A DNA stretch of 52,199 bases from a virus. Its lineage: Duplodnaviria; Caudoviricetes. The position numbers were made by a program, and so were the translations under genes. Shown here piece after piece: positions 7,115 through 17,000 of the stretch. The notes beneath the pieces are model-generated. The model searched no databases and had not been told where the DNA came from. It saw nothing but the letters and a program-made list of their open reading frames with translations. The first letter of the stretch is position 1. Every line of letters begins with the position of its first letter. The stretch covers positions 1 through 52,199 of IMG/VR virus record IMGVR_UViG_3300046011_003401. One strand, given 5' to 3'.

Positions 7115-9043
7115 ATGGATATAAAAGGTAAAGTCATTCGACTGGACTCGCTTTTCCAAAAAAGCGCCCCTTTACCCACAACTGGGGAAACTATAGACTC
7201 TATATTTATTGAAGGGTATGCAAATACTACTACGGTAGATAGAAGTGGTGATGTAATCCCTAAAACTGTTTGGGAAAAGGGACTTCAAAATTACCTTAAA
7301 AACCCTATTATTTTAGCGTATCATGACCATGACGAACCTATCGGCAGAATGTCAGAATACAAGATAGAGGATAAAGGTTTATGGATTAAAGCACGTATTT
7401 CTGCAGCCGCAGAAGATGTATTTAATTTAGTAAAAGATGGTGTTCTTACAGCTTTTTCTGTAGGATTCATAATCAAAGATGCAACTTATGATTCAATTAC
7501 TGACCTCTTTATTATTAAAGAGCTAGAGCTACTAGAAATATCAGTAGTATCAGTGCCTGCAAATCAAGATAGTACATTTAGTTTGTCAAAGTCTTTTGAA
7601 AGTGACGATGACTATAATTTATTTAAAAAACAGTTTTCAACTAATGAACCTGCTAAAGAGCAAAAAACATTAGAAGAACCAACCGTTCAACAAAAAGAGG
7701 AAATTTTTATGGATCCAAAAGATTTAGAAGCCTTATTGGCTAAGACTGCAGCTGCTGCTGCTCAAACTGTAATCGACGCTCAAGCTGCTGAAAAAGCTGC
7801 TGATGCAGAAAAAGCTGCTGAAGCTGCTGCCGTTGAAAAACGCATCGCTGACGCTGTTGCTAAAGCTACTGTAGTTACTTCAGGTACTTCAGGTGCTGAA
7901 CAACTTTTAGCTGATATCACAAAACGTTTAGATGCTCAAGAAGTTACTAATAAATCAGCTATCGCTGGCTTAGAAGAAGTAATCAAAGAAAAATCTAAAG
8001 AATTAGAAGCTATTCAAAAAAGCAAAATGAACTTTGCTGGCGATAAAGAAGGTGCTGCTTATGCTGAGAAAGAATCTGCATATCTACTTTCAAAAATCAC
8101 TGGTAAATCTATCCAAGATACTAAATACGGTGCTGGCATCGTTGAAAAAGCAGGAGCTCACGTTCCTTCAGCTACTTGGGAATTAGAAGTTTCATTGAAC
8201 ATGGAAAATGAAATCCGTCGTCGTTTAGTTGTTGCTCCATTGTTGCGTGGCATCAATATGCAAACTAACGTTATGACAATTCCAGTAAACCCAGAAGCAG
8301 GTGATGCAACTTGGATTACTAATGCTCAATTCGGTACAACCGCATCTCCAGGTTCTGCACAAACTCATCAATTGGGTGCTGTAACATTGAATGCATATAA
8401 AGTTGCAACAATGGAATACTTAGCATACGAAGAGGAAGAAGATTCATTGTTAATCTTGTTACCTACTATCCGTGATGCAATGATCCGTCGCGTAGCTCGT
8501 GCTGTTGATAAAGCATACTTAATCGGTGCCGGTTCTGGTTCTGATCCAGTTAAAGGTTTGTCAATCTATGACGCTACTTCAGTAGTTGTTCCAACAAATA
8601 CTGGCGTTGCTTCAATTGCTAACCTACGTGCATTGCGTAAAGATTTAGGTGCTTGGGGTCTAGAGCCTTCAGAATTAGCGTTTATCGTTTCTACTGAAGT
8701 TTACTACGATTTGTTAGATGATACAGCTTTCCAAACTATGGATAAAGTTGGTCCTGCAGCTACATTGTTAACAGGCCAAGTTGGTATGATTGGTAATACA
8801 CCAGTTCTAGTATCTAGCATGTTCCCAGCTAAAGCAGGTGGTGCAGCTACTGCAACTACTAATATCGGTGCATTATGCGTTGCCCCAGCTAACTTCTTAG
8901 CCGGTAATCAACGTGGTCTACGTTTAGATACACAAGATCTAGTAGAAACACAACGTAAAGTTCTAGTAAGTTCATTGCGTACTGGTGTTACTCAATTGAC
9001 TACTAATCTAGGTCAAGGCGTTTCAACATTACGTTGGAGCTAA
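7115..9043 (+). CDS. fused HK97-type prohead protease and major capsid protein, with an internal in-frame capsid start at 7709
   Basis: protease motifs ILAYHDH..PIG, AFSVGF, LLEISVVSVPAN; then GAGG RBS + ATG(7709), an Ala/Glu/Lys-rich coiled-coil delta domain and a T5 pb8-like HK97 capsid; no stop codon between them. Confidence 0.9.
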   Translation: MDIKGKVIRLDSLFQKSAPLPTTGETIDSIFIEGYANTTTVDRSGDVIPKTVWEKGLQNYLKNPIILAYHDHDEPIGRMSEYKIEDKGLWIKARISAAAEDVFNLVKDGVLTAFSVGFIIKDATYDSITDLFIIKELELLEISVVSVPANQDSTFSLSKSFESDDDYNLFKKQFSTNEPAKEQKTLEEPTVQQKEEIFMDPKDLEALLAKTAAAAAQTVIDAQAAEKAADAEKAAEAAAVEKRIADAVAKATVVTSGTSGAEQLLADITKRLDAQEVTNKSAIAGLEEVIKEKSKELEAIQKSKMNFAGDKEGAAYAEKESAYLLSKITGKSIQDTKYGAGIVEKAGAHVPSATWELEVSLNMENEIRRRLVVAPLLRGINMQTNVMTIPVNPEAGDATWITNAQFGTTASPGSAQTHQLGAVTLNAYKVATMEYLAYEEEEDSLLILLPTIRDAMIRRVARAVDKAYLIGAGSGSDPVKGLSIYDATSVVVPTNTGVASIANLRALRKDLGAWGLEPSELAFIVSTEVYYDLLDDTAFQTMDKVGPAATLLTGQVGMIGNTPVLVSSMFPAKAGGAATATTNIGALCVAPANFLAGNQRGLRLDTQDLVETQRKVLVSSLRTGVTQLTTNLGQGVSTLRWS

Positions 9044-9086
9044 ATCAGTTTAGCTGAGTAAAACCAGCTAGGTAGTGCTGACTACC

Positions 9087-9117
9087 AAGTAGGGCTAGCA
9101 ATAGCCCTACTTCTTTA
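9087..9117 (+). terminator. terminator after the capsid gene (GNRA-capped 11-bp stem)
   Basis: AAGTAGGGCTA-gcaa-TAGCCCTACTT followed by CTTTA. Confidence 0.7.
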
Positions 9118-9159
9118 ATATTCTAACAAGAGTATTAAAGAAGTACAAAGAGGACTAAT

Positions 9160-9732
9160 ATGGCAAATTTAATTACATTGGCTGAATATAAAGCCTACAA
9201 TGGTATAAATAGTACCACGCAAGATGCAGAAATAAATGTGCTGATTCCAAAAATTAGTCAGTTAATAAAAACTTACTGCAATCGCACATTTATTGATTTC
9301 TATGATGAAAACACCTATACTTATAGTGATGGAAATGTTCCATATATCTATTTAAAAGAGTGCCCAACAGTAAATATTGCTAGTGTAGAATTTAGTGAAG
9401 ATTTTGGTAGAACATACACAACACTAACTGAATATACTGACTATGTTTTAAACTTAACTCATGATAGAATTGAATCAACAGATGCAGTAAATGGTTTTGT
9501 AAAAGCACTTAACGGTTATAAAATAACTTATACTGGTGGATATGAAACTACCCCCGAAGAAATTAAATTAGCGGCACTAGACTTAATTGGATATTATATG
9601 AAATCTGATATGTCTATTAAATCTACAAGAAATGCTGGTGCTAATAATACTTCTATTGAATATGTAACAACCGCTAACCTTCCAGCACACATACGGAGAG
9701 TTTTAGACCTTTATCGTCTTGACTTAATATAA
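9160..9732 (+). CDS. head completion / head-tail adaptor protein (T5 p144-like)
   Basis: LITLAEYKAY, YTGGYETTPEEIKLA, LPAHIRRVLDLYR; position after capsid. Confidence 0.8.
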   Translation: MANLITLAEYKAYNGINSTTQDAEINVLIPKISQLIKTYCNRTFIDFYDENTYTYSDGNVPYIYLKECPTVNIASVEFSEDFGRTYTTLTEYTDYVLNLTHDRIESTDAVNGFVKALNGYKITYTGGYETTPEEIKLAALDLIGYYMKSDMSIKSTRNAGANNTSIEYVTTANLPAHIRRVLDLYRLDLI

Positions 9733-11261
9733 TGAGCGTAGCAGAGTTTTCCAACACACTTAGAAAACGAATGGCGGCATCCATTAGAACAAAGATAAGT
9801 AGAAAAAATTCTGCATTAAAAGGTTTTATTGGGGCTGAGGGTGATAAGGTATCTGCACTAAGAAATAGACTAAAGGCAGCTAAATATAATAATATAGTTA
9901 TTACTAAACAAGGCTTAGAAGAATTAGGTAGAAAATTAGTAGGCTATAATGTAGAATATAGTACATATACCCAATATATGGCATATAGAAGAGTTAATAG
10001 TGGTAAGCCAAGTTCTTTAAATGACTTAACTATAGGAAAAAATCCTAATGTAAGCCAATCTAGTAATCCAAATACTAAAGATCCTTGGACTATTATTAAA
10101 AATACTCCTTATGATAATTTATTTTTATGGACTAAGGAATATTTAGAATTAATTGGAGTACCACAAACCACAATTAAAGCCACATTAGGTGAATTCGAAG
10201 CCGGACATACACTAGGCTTAAATACCTTCAGAGCGTTAGTATCCTTTGGTTCCAGCGTAGACTTAAGTAATGGTGGAAAAATACAAATAAGAAAAGAGCC
10301 AGACTTAGCTGCTTTTGATAGATTAAGTCAACTATTGCTAGATTTAGACTTAGCTGCAACTAATTCTATAAAAACAGATACAGGTATTTATGTTAATGCA
10401 GTAAAAAACTTTAAAGAACATGCTCAATTTTATATTGAGTTACAAGTTAAAAATAATGCTGCTGGTACTGGAAATGCACAAACTGGGTCTTTGATTGCAC
10501 CGCTTGGAGCAGCCTTAGCTAAATTTGCAAAGGCTAACTTAACAAGTACAACAGTTAATCTTAAGTCAGAATTTGATAATATAATATCAAATATTATTAA
10601 AATAGAAGATAGAGCCAGAGCAATACTAGAGCAATATCCAGATTCATTAAAAGAAGCAGCACTAGAAAATTTAGATACTCTTGTAAATTTACGTGGTTCT
10701 CCTTCAATGAAAGAACATATACGGAATTTAACTATATCTACCTTAAAGGGTGAAAAGGTAAAATCAACCAAAGCATCCTTTAATAATATAGAATTAACTA
10801 AATTAGAAGATCCTCTTAAGAAAACTAGAATTGAAGTCCAAAGACTCATAAGAGAACTTAGAGCTGCAACAAAAAAAGCAAAAGTACTAGCTGAAAAGAA
10901 AAAATCAACCCAACTAAGGACTCAAAAAGGTCAGTTCATAAGTCCAGTAAGTATAATGAACTTACTTAATAGTAGGCTAGCACAACAGATACAAAATAAT
11001 ATGGGCAAGGGTACTGCAAAAGCAGTTCTTAATTATCGTACAGGTAGATTCGCAGAATCTGCACAAGTAGTAAATGTTAGTAGTAGGGATGGTGCTGTAA
11101 CCGCATTTTATAGTTATATGAAAAACCCATATGCAACATTTGCCCCTGGAGGTGCTCAAAGCTCCCCAGCCAGCAGAGACCCAAATAAATTAATACAACT
11201 TAGTATTAGACAGCTAGCCACTGGAATTATGGCAAATAGACTTAAGGTGGTACCAGTATGA
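9732..11261 (+). CDS. tail completion protein (T5 p143-like) with a long N-terminal region
   Basis: C-terminal GQFIS...LNYRTGRFA...YSYMKNPY.TF...RDPNKLI matches the T5 p143 pattern. Confidence 0.7.
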   Translation: MSVAEFSNTLRKRMAASIRTKISRKNSALKGFIGAEGDKVSALRNRLKAAKYNNIVITKQGLEELGRKLVGYNVEYSTYTQYMAYRRVNSGKPSSLNDLTIGKNPNVSQSSNPNTKDPWTIIKNTPYDNLFLWTKEYLELIGVPQTTIKATLGEFEAGHTLGLNTFRALVSFGSSVDLSNGGKIQIRKEPDLAAFDRLSQLLLDLDLAATNSIKTDTGIYVNAVKNFKEHAQFYIELQVKNNAAGTGNAQTGSLIAPLGAALAKFAKANLTSTTVNLKSEFDNIISNIIKIEDRARAILEQYPDSLKEAALENLDTLVNLRGSPSMKEHIRNLTISTLKGEKVKSTKASFNNIELTKLEDPLKKTRIEVQRLIRELRAATKKAKVLAEKKKSTQLRTQKGQFISPVSIMNLLNSRLAQQIQNNMGKGTAKAVLNYRTGRFAESAQVVNVSSRDGAVTAFYSYMKNPYATFAPGGAQSSPASRDPNKLIQLSIRQLATGIMANRLKVVPV

Positions 11262-11695
11262 GTGCGAGAGCAAGTATAACATCAGCCTTAGTAGATACTT
11301 TAAAACTTATTGATGGGTCAGGTACTTATCAAACAAATGTTTTTAATAATGTTCAAAATAAACTTATATTTTGGGATGAACTCAATGATTTCCCACATAT
11401 TTGCGTAGTACCTGGATCAGAATCTAGAGAATATTTACCAGGTGATTTTAAATGGGGTTATTTAAACGTTTCCTTAAAATTATACACCAAAGGTGAAAAT
11501 CCTTTAGAAGAACTAGAAAAACTGCTCGAAGATGTTGAAAACGTAGTAGATAGTAATAGGGTATTAACATATGATGTAGCAACGAACGCTCGTACTACTG
11601 AAATACTTATAACCTCTATAGTAACAGATGAGGGTCTTTTAGCCCCATACGGTGTAGGTGAAATTAACCTACAAGTTAGATACCAAGTTCTATAG
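11258..11695 (+). CDS. tail terminator protein (T5 p142-like)
   Basis: WDELNDFP, ESREYLP, SIVTDEGLLAPYGVGEI. Confidence 0.8.
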   Translation: MSARASITSALVDTLKLIDGSGTYQTNVFNNVQNKLIFWDELNDFPHICVVPGSESREYLPGDFKWGYLNVSLKLYTKGENPLEELEKLLEDVENVVDSNRVLTYDVATNARTTEILITSIVTDEGLLAPYGVGEINLQVRYQVL

Positions 11696-11759
11696 TATAT
11701 AACGCAGATAAATATCTAGCAAATAGAGTATAGAACTACAATATAAAGGAATTCAAACT

Positions 11760-13139
11760 ATGGCTTTAAATTTAAGTCGTAACACCAGAGTATGGTTTAC
11801 AACCAATGTAAACCCTACAACAGGCGTTTTGCCTGATTCAGCAACTGGGTATACTGCGTTTACTTCTGCAAATACCTATGAACTTCAAGTACTAGATGGC
11901 TATTCTTTTAGTCAAGGTACTGCAAATACTGCAATTACTTTAAGTGAAGCCGGCAATACACCTAACCGTGGTCAACGCTCATTTAATACCGCATTAAACC
12001 CAGTAGACTTATCATTCTCTACATATATTCGTCCACGTGTTGCTACAAACGTTACTTGTATTGAGAAAGTTCTTTGGAATGCTTTAACAGGTTCTGAAAC
12101 AATTGATTCAACAGGTGTAGTAGTTACTAACATCACTCGTGCTTCTACTTTATCCCCAACAGTTACTATTGTAGGTGCAACAGCATTTACAGGTTATGCG
12201 GTTGGTGATGCAGTAAATATTACTGGTGTTACAGGTACTTTAGATTGGAATAGTGCAGGTATAATTACTTCTAGTAATGGTACTGGTCCTTACACAATGG
12301 TTGCAACAATGGCCAAAGCTCCAGCAACTTTAACAGCAGCTTTAGGTGGTACACTTAAAGTATTTAAAGGTCAGTGGGCAGAAACTCCAACCAACGCATA
12401 TACATCTTTTGTAGGTTCTAATAAGAATCAACTACAAAAATTTGCAATGATTTTCATGGTTGATAATGCTATTTATATTGTTGATAATTGTGCACTTAAC
12501 CAAGCAGTAATTGATTTCGGTCTAGATGCTATTAGTATGATTGCATGGACTGGTTTCGGTACCGCAGTTAAGAAAGCAGAAACTTTAGCAATTGCTAACT
12601 TAAGTTCAGCCACAGCATTTAGTACTTCAGCAAACTATATTACTAATAAACTAAGTTCTACAACTTTAGTAAGTAATATTGGTGGCGCTTCAGGTACTAG
12701 TTATAGCGTGCCATTAACTGGTGGTTCTATTACTATCAATAATAATATTTCGTACATAACTCCAAGTAACCTAGGTGTTGTAAATACTCCAATCGGTTAT
12801 TATACAGGTACACGTTCAATTACTGGTTCATTAAATGCATACTTGAAAACAGGTACTGCTGGTGATACAGGTTCATTATTATCAGATATTCTTACAACTT
12901 CAGCAAGTGCTCCAGAAACTAAATTCAAACTACAAGTTGAAGTTGGTGGAAGTATTAATGCAGTACGTGTAGAATTAGATATTCCTGGTGCATCTCTAAG
13001 TGTTCCTACAATTGATATTGCAGATGTTGTTTCTACTACAATTAACTTTACTGCTCAAGGTTCTGATGCATTGTTAAGTACAAACAACTATGATATTACA
13101 GCAACTAATGATATGACTGTTCGTTACTACAGCTCTTAA
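11760..13139 (+). CDS. major tail tube protein (T5 pb6-like) with an inserted beta domain
   Basis: LSRNTRV, ELQVLDG.SFSQ, RSFNTALNP...SFSTYIRP, TGTRSITGSLNAYL. Confidence 0.88.
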   Translation: MALNLSRNTRVWFTTNVNPTTGVLPDSATGYTAFTSANTYELQVLDGYSFSQGTANTAITLSEAGNTPNRGQRSFNTALNPVDLSFSTYIRPRVATNVTCIEKVLWNALTGSETIDSTGVVVTNITRASTLSPTVTIVGATAFTGYAVGDAVNITGVTGTLDWNSAGIITSSNGTGPYTMVATMAKAPATLTAALGGTLKVFKGQWAETPTNAYTSFVGSNKNQLQKFAMIFMVDNAIYIVDNCALNQAVIDFGLDAISMIAWTGFGTAVKKAETLAIANLSSATAFSTSANYITNKLSSTTLVSNIGGASGTSYSVPLTGGSITINNNISYITPSNLGVVNTPIGYYTGTRSITGSLNAYLKTGTAGDTGSLLSDILTTSASAPETKFKLQVEVGGSINAVRVELDIPGASLSVPTIDIADVVSTTINFTAQGSDALLSTNNYDITATNDMTVRYYSS

Positions 13140-13147
13140 TTGAACTA

Positions 13148-13179
13148 AAAATAAAGCCCCTTAATTGGGGTTTTATTTT
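13148..13179 (+). terminator. intrinsic terminator
   Basis: AAAATAAAGCCCC-ttaatt-GGGGTTTTATTTT. Confidence 0.8.
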
Positions 13180-13204
13180 ATCTATAGCACTAAAATTTTT
13201 ATCA

Positions 13205-13233
13205 TTGCTATTTCTATGCACTTGGTGTATACT
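13205..13233 (+). promoter_or_regulatory. promoter for tail chaperone / tape measure genes
   Basis: TTTTTATCA-TTGCTA-N17-TATACT. Confidence 0.7.
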
Positions 13234-13281
13234 AACTAAAATACGAAAGTATTTGAATTTATTTAACAAAGGGAATTATAA

Positions 13282-13686
13282 ATGTCAGCACTTAACCTAT
13301 CGACACTTTTAGTGTCGAGCAAAGAAACAGAAGTAGAATATCCTGGCTATCCAGGCTTTAAAGTAAATTTATGCTTTCTAAGCCGTGAAGAGCTAGTTAA
13401 AATCCGTAAAAAAGCAACTAAAATTACTTGGAAAAATCGCCAACAATCAGAAGAACTAAATGAAGATTTATTCTTATCTTTATATGTACAAAGTACAGTT
13501 AAAGGTTGGAGTGGTTTAAAACTTTCAATTCTTCAAAAGTTAGCACCAGTAGATTTAAAAGGTCAAAAAGATTTAGAAGCAACATTAGATTATACAGAAG
13601 ATAATGCACTTTACCTAATGAAATCATCAACTGAATTCGATTCTTTTGTAAGTGAGCAGGTTTCTGACCTAGCAAATTTTCAATAG
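13282..13686 (+). CDS. tail assembly chaperone (G-type, T5 p139-like)
   Basis: YPG.PGFKVNL.FLSRE, VKGWSGL; lies between tube and tape measure; ends in a slippery site. Confidence 0.8.
   Translation: MSALNLSTLLVSSKETEVEYPGYPGFKVNLCFLSREELVKIRKKATKITWKNRQQSEELNEDLFLSLYVQSTVKGWSGLKLSILQKLAPVDLKGQKDLEATLDYTEDNALYLMKSSTEFDSFVSEQVSDLANFQ
13674..13680 (+). other. -1 programmed ribosomal frameshift site (A AAT TTT)
   Basis: GCA AAT TTT CAA TAG; the -1 frame reads TTT TCA ATA GAA CAG ATG GAA into ORF 13692. Confidence 0.8.
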
Positions 13687-13691
13687 AACAG

Positions 13692-14060
13692 ATGGAACTA
13701 GTACTCAAGCAAATTGACTCATTCTTAAAAAACTCCGAAGTTTCTATGACTAAGGAACAGTATTTTGAGATGTGTCGTATGCTTGGGTCCGAACCATCGG
13801 AGGAAGAAATACCAGTTGAATTTGATGATTTTCCTTTAGAAGTACAAGAAGCATATTTACTATATAATATAATATCTGATAACTGGGATACCATGTCAGG
13901 TACTTACCTTGGTAAAAACTTGGTAGGAGTTAAAGATATTATGGAAATATATGGAATTGAAGATGCAAGGCTAACTCTTCAATTAATTAATAGTATAGAC
14001 TCTATAAGACGTACAATTATTAATAATAAGAGAGCCACAAAAAACCAGCCTACTAAATAA
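13692..14060 (+). CDS. tail assembly chaperone T-part (T5 p138-like), reached by -1 frameshift
   Basis: MTKEQYFEMC.MLG.EP...IP.EFDDFP; in the -1 frame of the upstream gene. Confidence 0.75.
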   Translation: MELVLKQIDSFLKNSEVSMTKEQYFEMCRMLGSEPSEEEIPVEFDDFPLEVQEAYLLYNIISDNWDTMSGTYLGKNLVGVKDIMEIYGIEDARLTLQLINSIDSIRRTIINNKRATKNQPTK

Positions 14061-14078
14061 TATAGAGGCTGGTTTTTT
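14039..14078 (+). terminator. terminator-like hairpin immediately before the tape measure gene
   Basis: AAAAAACCAGCCT...AGGCTGGTTTTTT. Confidence 0.7.
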
Positions 14079-14092
14079 ATTAAGGAGATACA

Positions 14093-17000
14093 ATGGCAGC
14101 AAATATGATTAATGTTGGTGTAAATGTTTCGGATAATGGAACAGTAGCCCAACTGCAGGCAAGACTTAAAGCCGCAACCAAAGATTTAGCGTCACTTAGA
14201 AACGTAATGCGCCAAACAGGTTCTGGTGTTGCAGGTATGGGTGGCCCAACTAAGCAAGAGAATATTGATTACCGCAATGCTCGCGGGGTTGCTGGTACAG
14301 GTGGTGGTGGTTCTCGTGACTTTGCAAAACAAGCTCAAGGGCTTGGAGGGTTAGTACGCTTATATGCAACGTTTGCTGCCAATATATTTGCTGTATCAGC
14401 TGCTTTTAATGCGTTAGATAAAGCTGCACAATTTGAACAAATGATTCAAGGTGCCAAAGCACTTGAGGCAACTACCGGTGCAGCATTACGTTCTATTGCT
14501 GGCCAAATGAAGGCTGTAACAGATGGTGCTTTAAGTATGCAAGAATCTATGCGTTTAACTGCATTAGGTTCAGCAGCAGGACTATCTGAAAAGAAAATAT
14601 TAGATTTAACTAAAGGTGCTAAAGGTGCTTCACTTGCACTTGGTCGCGATATGGGCGATTCTATTGACCGTGTAATTCGTGGTGTTGCTAAGTTAGAACC
14701 CGAACTATTAGATGAGTTGGGCGTAGTTACTAGGGCACAAGAAGCATATAAAAAATATGCACAATCTATTGGTACATCTGCAGATGCTTTAACAAGTTAT
14801 CAAAAAACAATAGCATATAGTAATGCTGTTAGCATAGAATTACTTACAAAATTTGGGGCAATAGCGGATAAAGTACCAGCAAATCCTTATGCCAAATTTT
14901 TAGGCCAATTAAAAGATGTAGGAACAGAACTATTAACTTTAGTAAACAATGTAATTACTCCAGTAGTATCAATGCTAGCTAATAATATTGAACTTATGTT
15001 TGCAGGTGTATTACTATTAGTAAAAAGTTTAACACTAAAAGCAATACCAGAAATTAGTAAAATGTTTAGTGTTTCTCCAGCAGTCGTAACTGCTAGACAT
15101 GCTGCTTTAACGTCTTTACTTGCAGATATTGATGCTGGTAATAGGGCTGAAGTAGAATCTACTAGAAAAGCTTCAGCAGAGATTATACAGATAAAAGAGC
15201 GAGAAGCACTTGCGTTATCTAAAATGGGTGCAAGAAATATTAATGCATTGGCAACAGCAGCATTTAAAACTTCTAGGGGTCAAACAGCTAAAAATCTACT
15301 AGAAGTAGGTTCTGTAGGTGCTATTGTAGATGATTCTACACTTAGAAAAGCAATACCTAGTGCCATGAAACGTGAATCAAAAATATTAACTGATTATGCT
15401 AGTGGTACAGGTTCTGCCAAAGAGGCAGACGCAGCAAATGCAAGATATGTAGCTTTAGCTAGTATAGAAAAAGAAATAGTAACAGAAGAAAAAAGACGTC
15501 TAGCATTAACAGAACAAATAGATATAGTATTAAAAGGACAAGAAGCTACAGAATTAAAAATAGCAGATACATTACGTTCTAAAAATAAATATTCTCTAGC
15601 TGAAAGAGAAGCAGCTATATTAAATTTAGAAGTTAAAAAGCTAGAAGGTGCTCAGATAGTACAGAATACACTATTTCTCAGAGGACAAGCAGCTGCTGAA
15701 ATAGAGAGAGCTAAGCAAGCTGTAATAATAGAAGAGGCAAGAAAAGCTAAAACACTTACTTCTGCATTTAATGTACGTGAAGGATATAATAAAGATCCAT
15801 CTGGTAAAGAAAATAAAAACTTTGGATTATCTGGTGAAATGGTACCAAATATATTTGGTAAAATAGAAGAATCTACAGATAGAGTAAAAAGTAAGATTGG
15901 TGAGATGGTATCTAAGGTTGGCTCAGGACTAGGAAAAGTAGTAGGTTTTTTAGGTACTTGGGGTATAGCTGCTATGATAGCATACGAAGCTTTAAGTTTT
16001 TTAGCGGATAAAGCTGGGTTTTTAAATAAAAAAACTGATGAATTAAATACTGCATTAGAAGAAGGAACCAAAGTATTAGAAACAGCAAAGTCTTCATATT
16101 TAAACTATACTAAGGCAGTAACTGCATCTACTTATTCATTGATAGCCTTACAAAGTGCAAATGATATAGCTGCTAATACATTTGAACAAGGTACTGCATC
16201 TATACAGAAACAAATAGAAGTATTTACAGCATGGAGAGAAGCAGGTGGCTGGATATCAAGTTTCTGGGATAAAATAGGTACTAGTAAATTTGATACTTTA
16301 AAAGAAAATATTTCAGGTCAAGTAGCTATTATGTCTAAAGAAGCTACAGGGGCACAAGCAGCAGAATTAAAAGCACTAGAAGAACGTATTTCAGGTACAA
16401 AAGATTCAGCAGAAGGATTACAAATATTAGCTTCAGCATATGTAAGTTTAGAGGCTTCAGCAACTAGAGCAGCTACTGCTAATAGAAATCAAAATTCTTT
16501 CTTAAAAGAGTTTCAAGATAAAGCAAACGCTGCTGGAACAGCTATTGATAAAATAAATGAAAAAGAGTGGATAAAGGATGAAAAACGTAGAACTATTGTA
16601 GAATTTTTAAAAGATTTACAAAAGGGATTAAACGATATAACTTTAACAGCAGATGAAAAAATTAATCTTTTAGCTAAAGTACCTGAAGGACTAAATACTA
16701 AGGCTGGTAAGCAATTAGAAGAAGTACGTAGAGTTGCCGCAGCTATACAAGCAATTACAGAAGCAATAGGTCTTAGACAAAAAGAATTAACTGATGCACA
16801 AGATATTTACTTAGGAAAATATAAGGATATTTCTAAGACAGATAGAGATAAATTAAATACTGGACCATCTAATGTTCGTTTGATGGAACTTGTACAAAAA
16901 GAAGCAGATTTATCACGTAAATTAATGGAAGAAAATCTATCTATTGAAGAAGTATTAAAAATTCAAAGTACACAAAAACTGCTTGCACTTGAAAAAGAGT

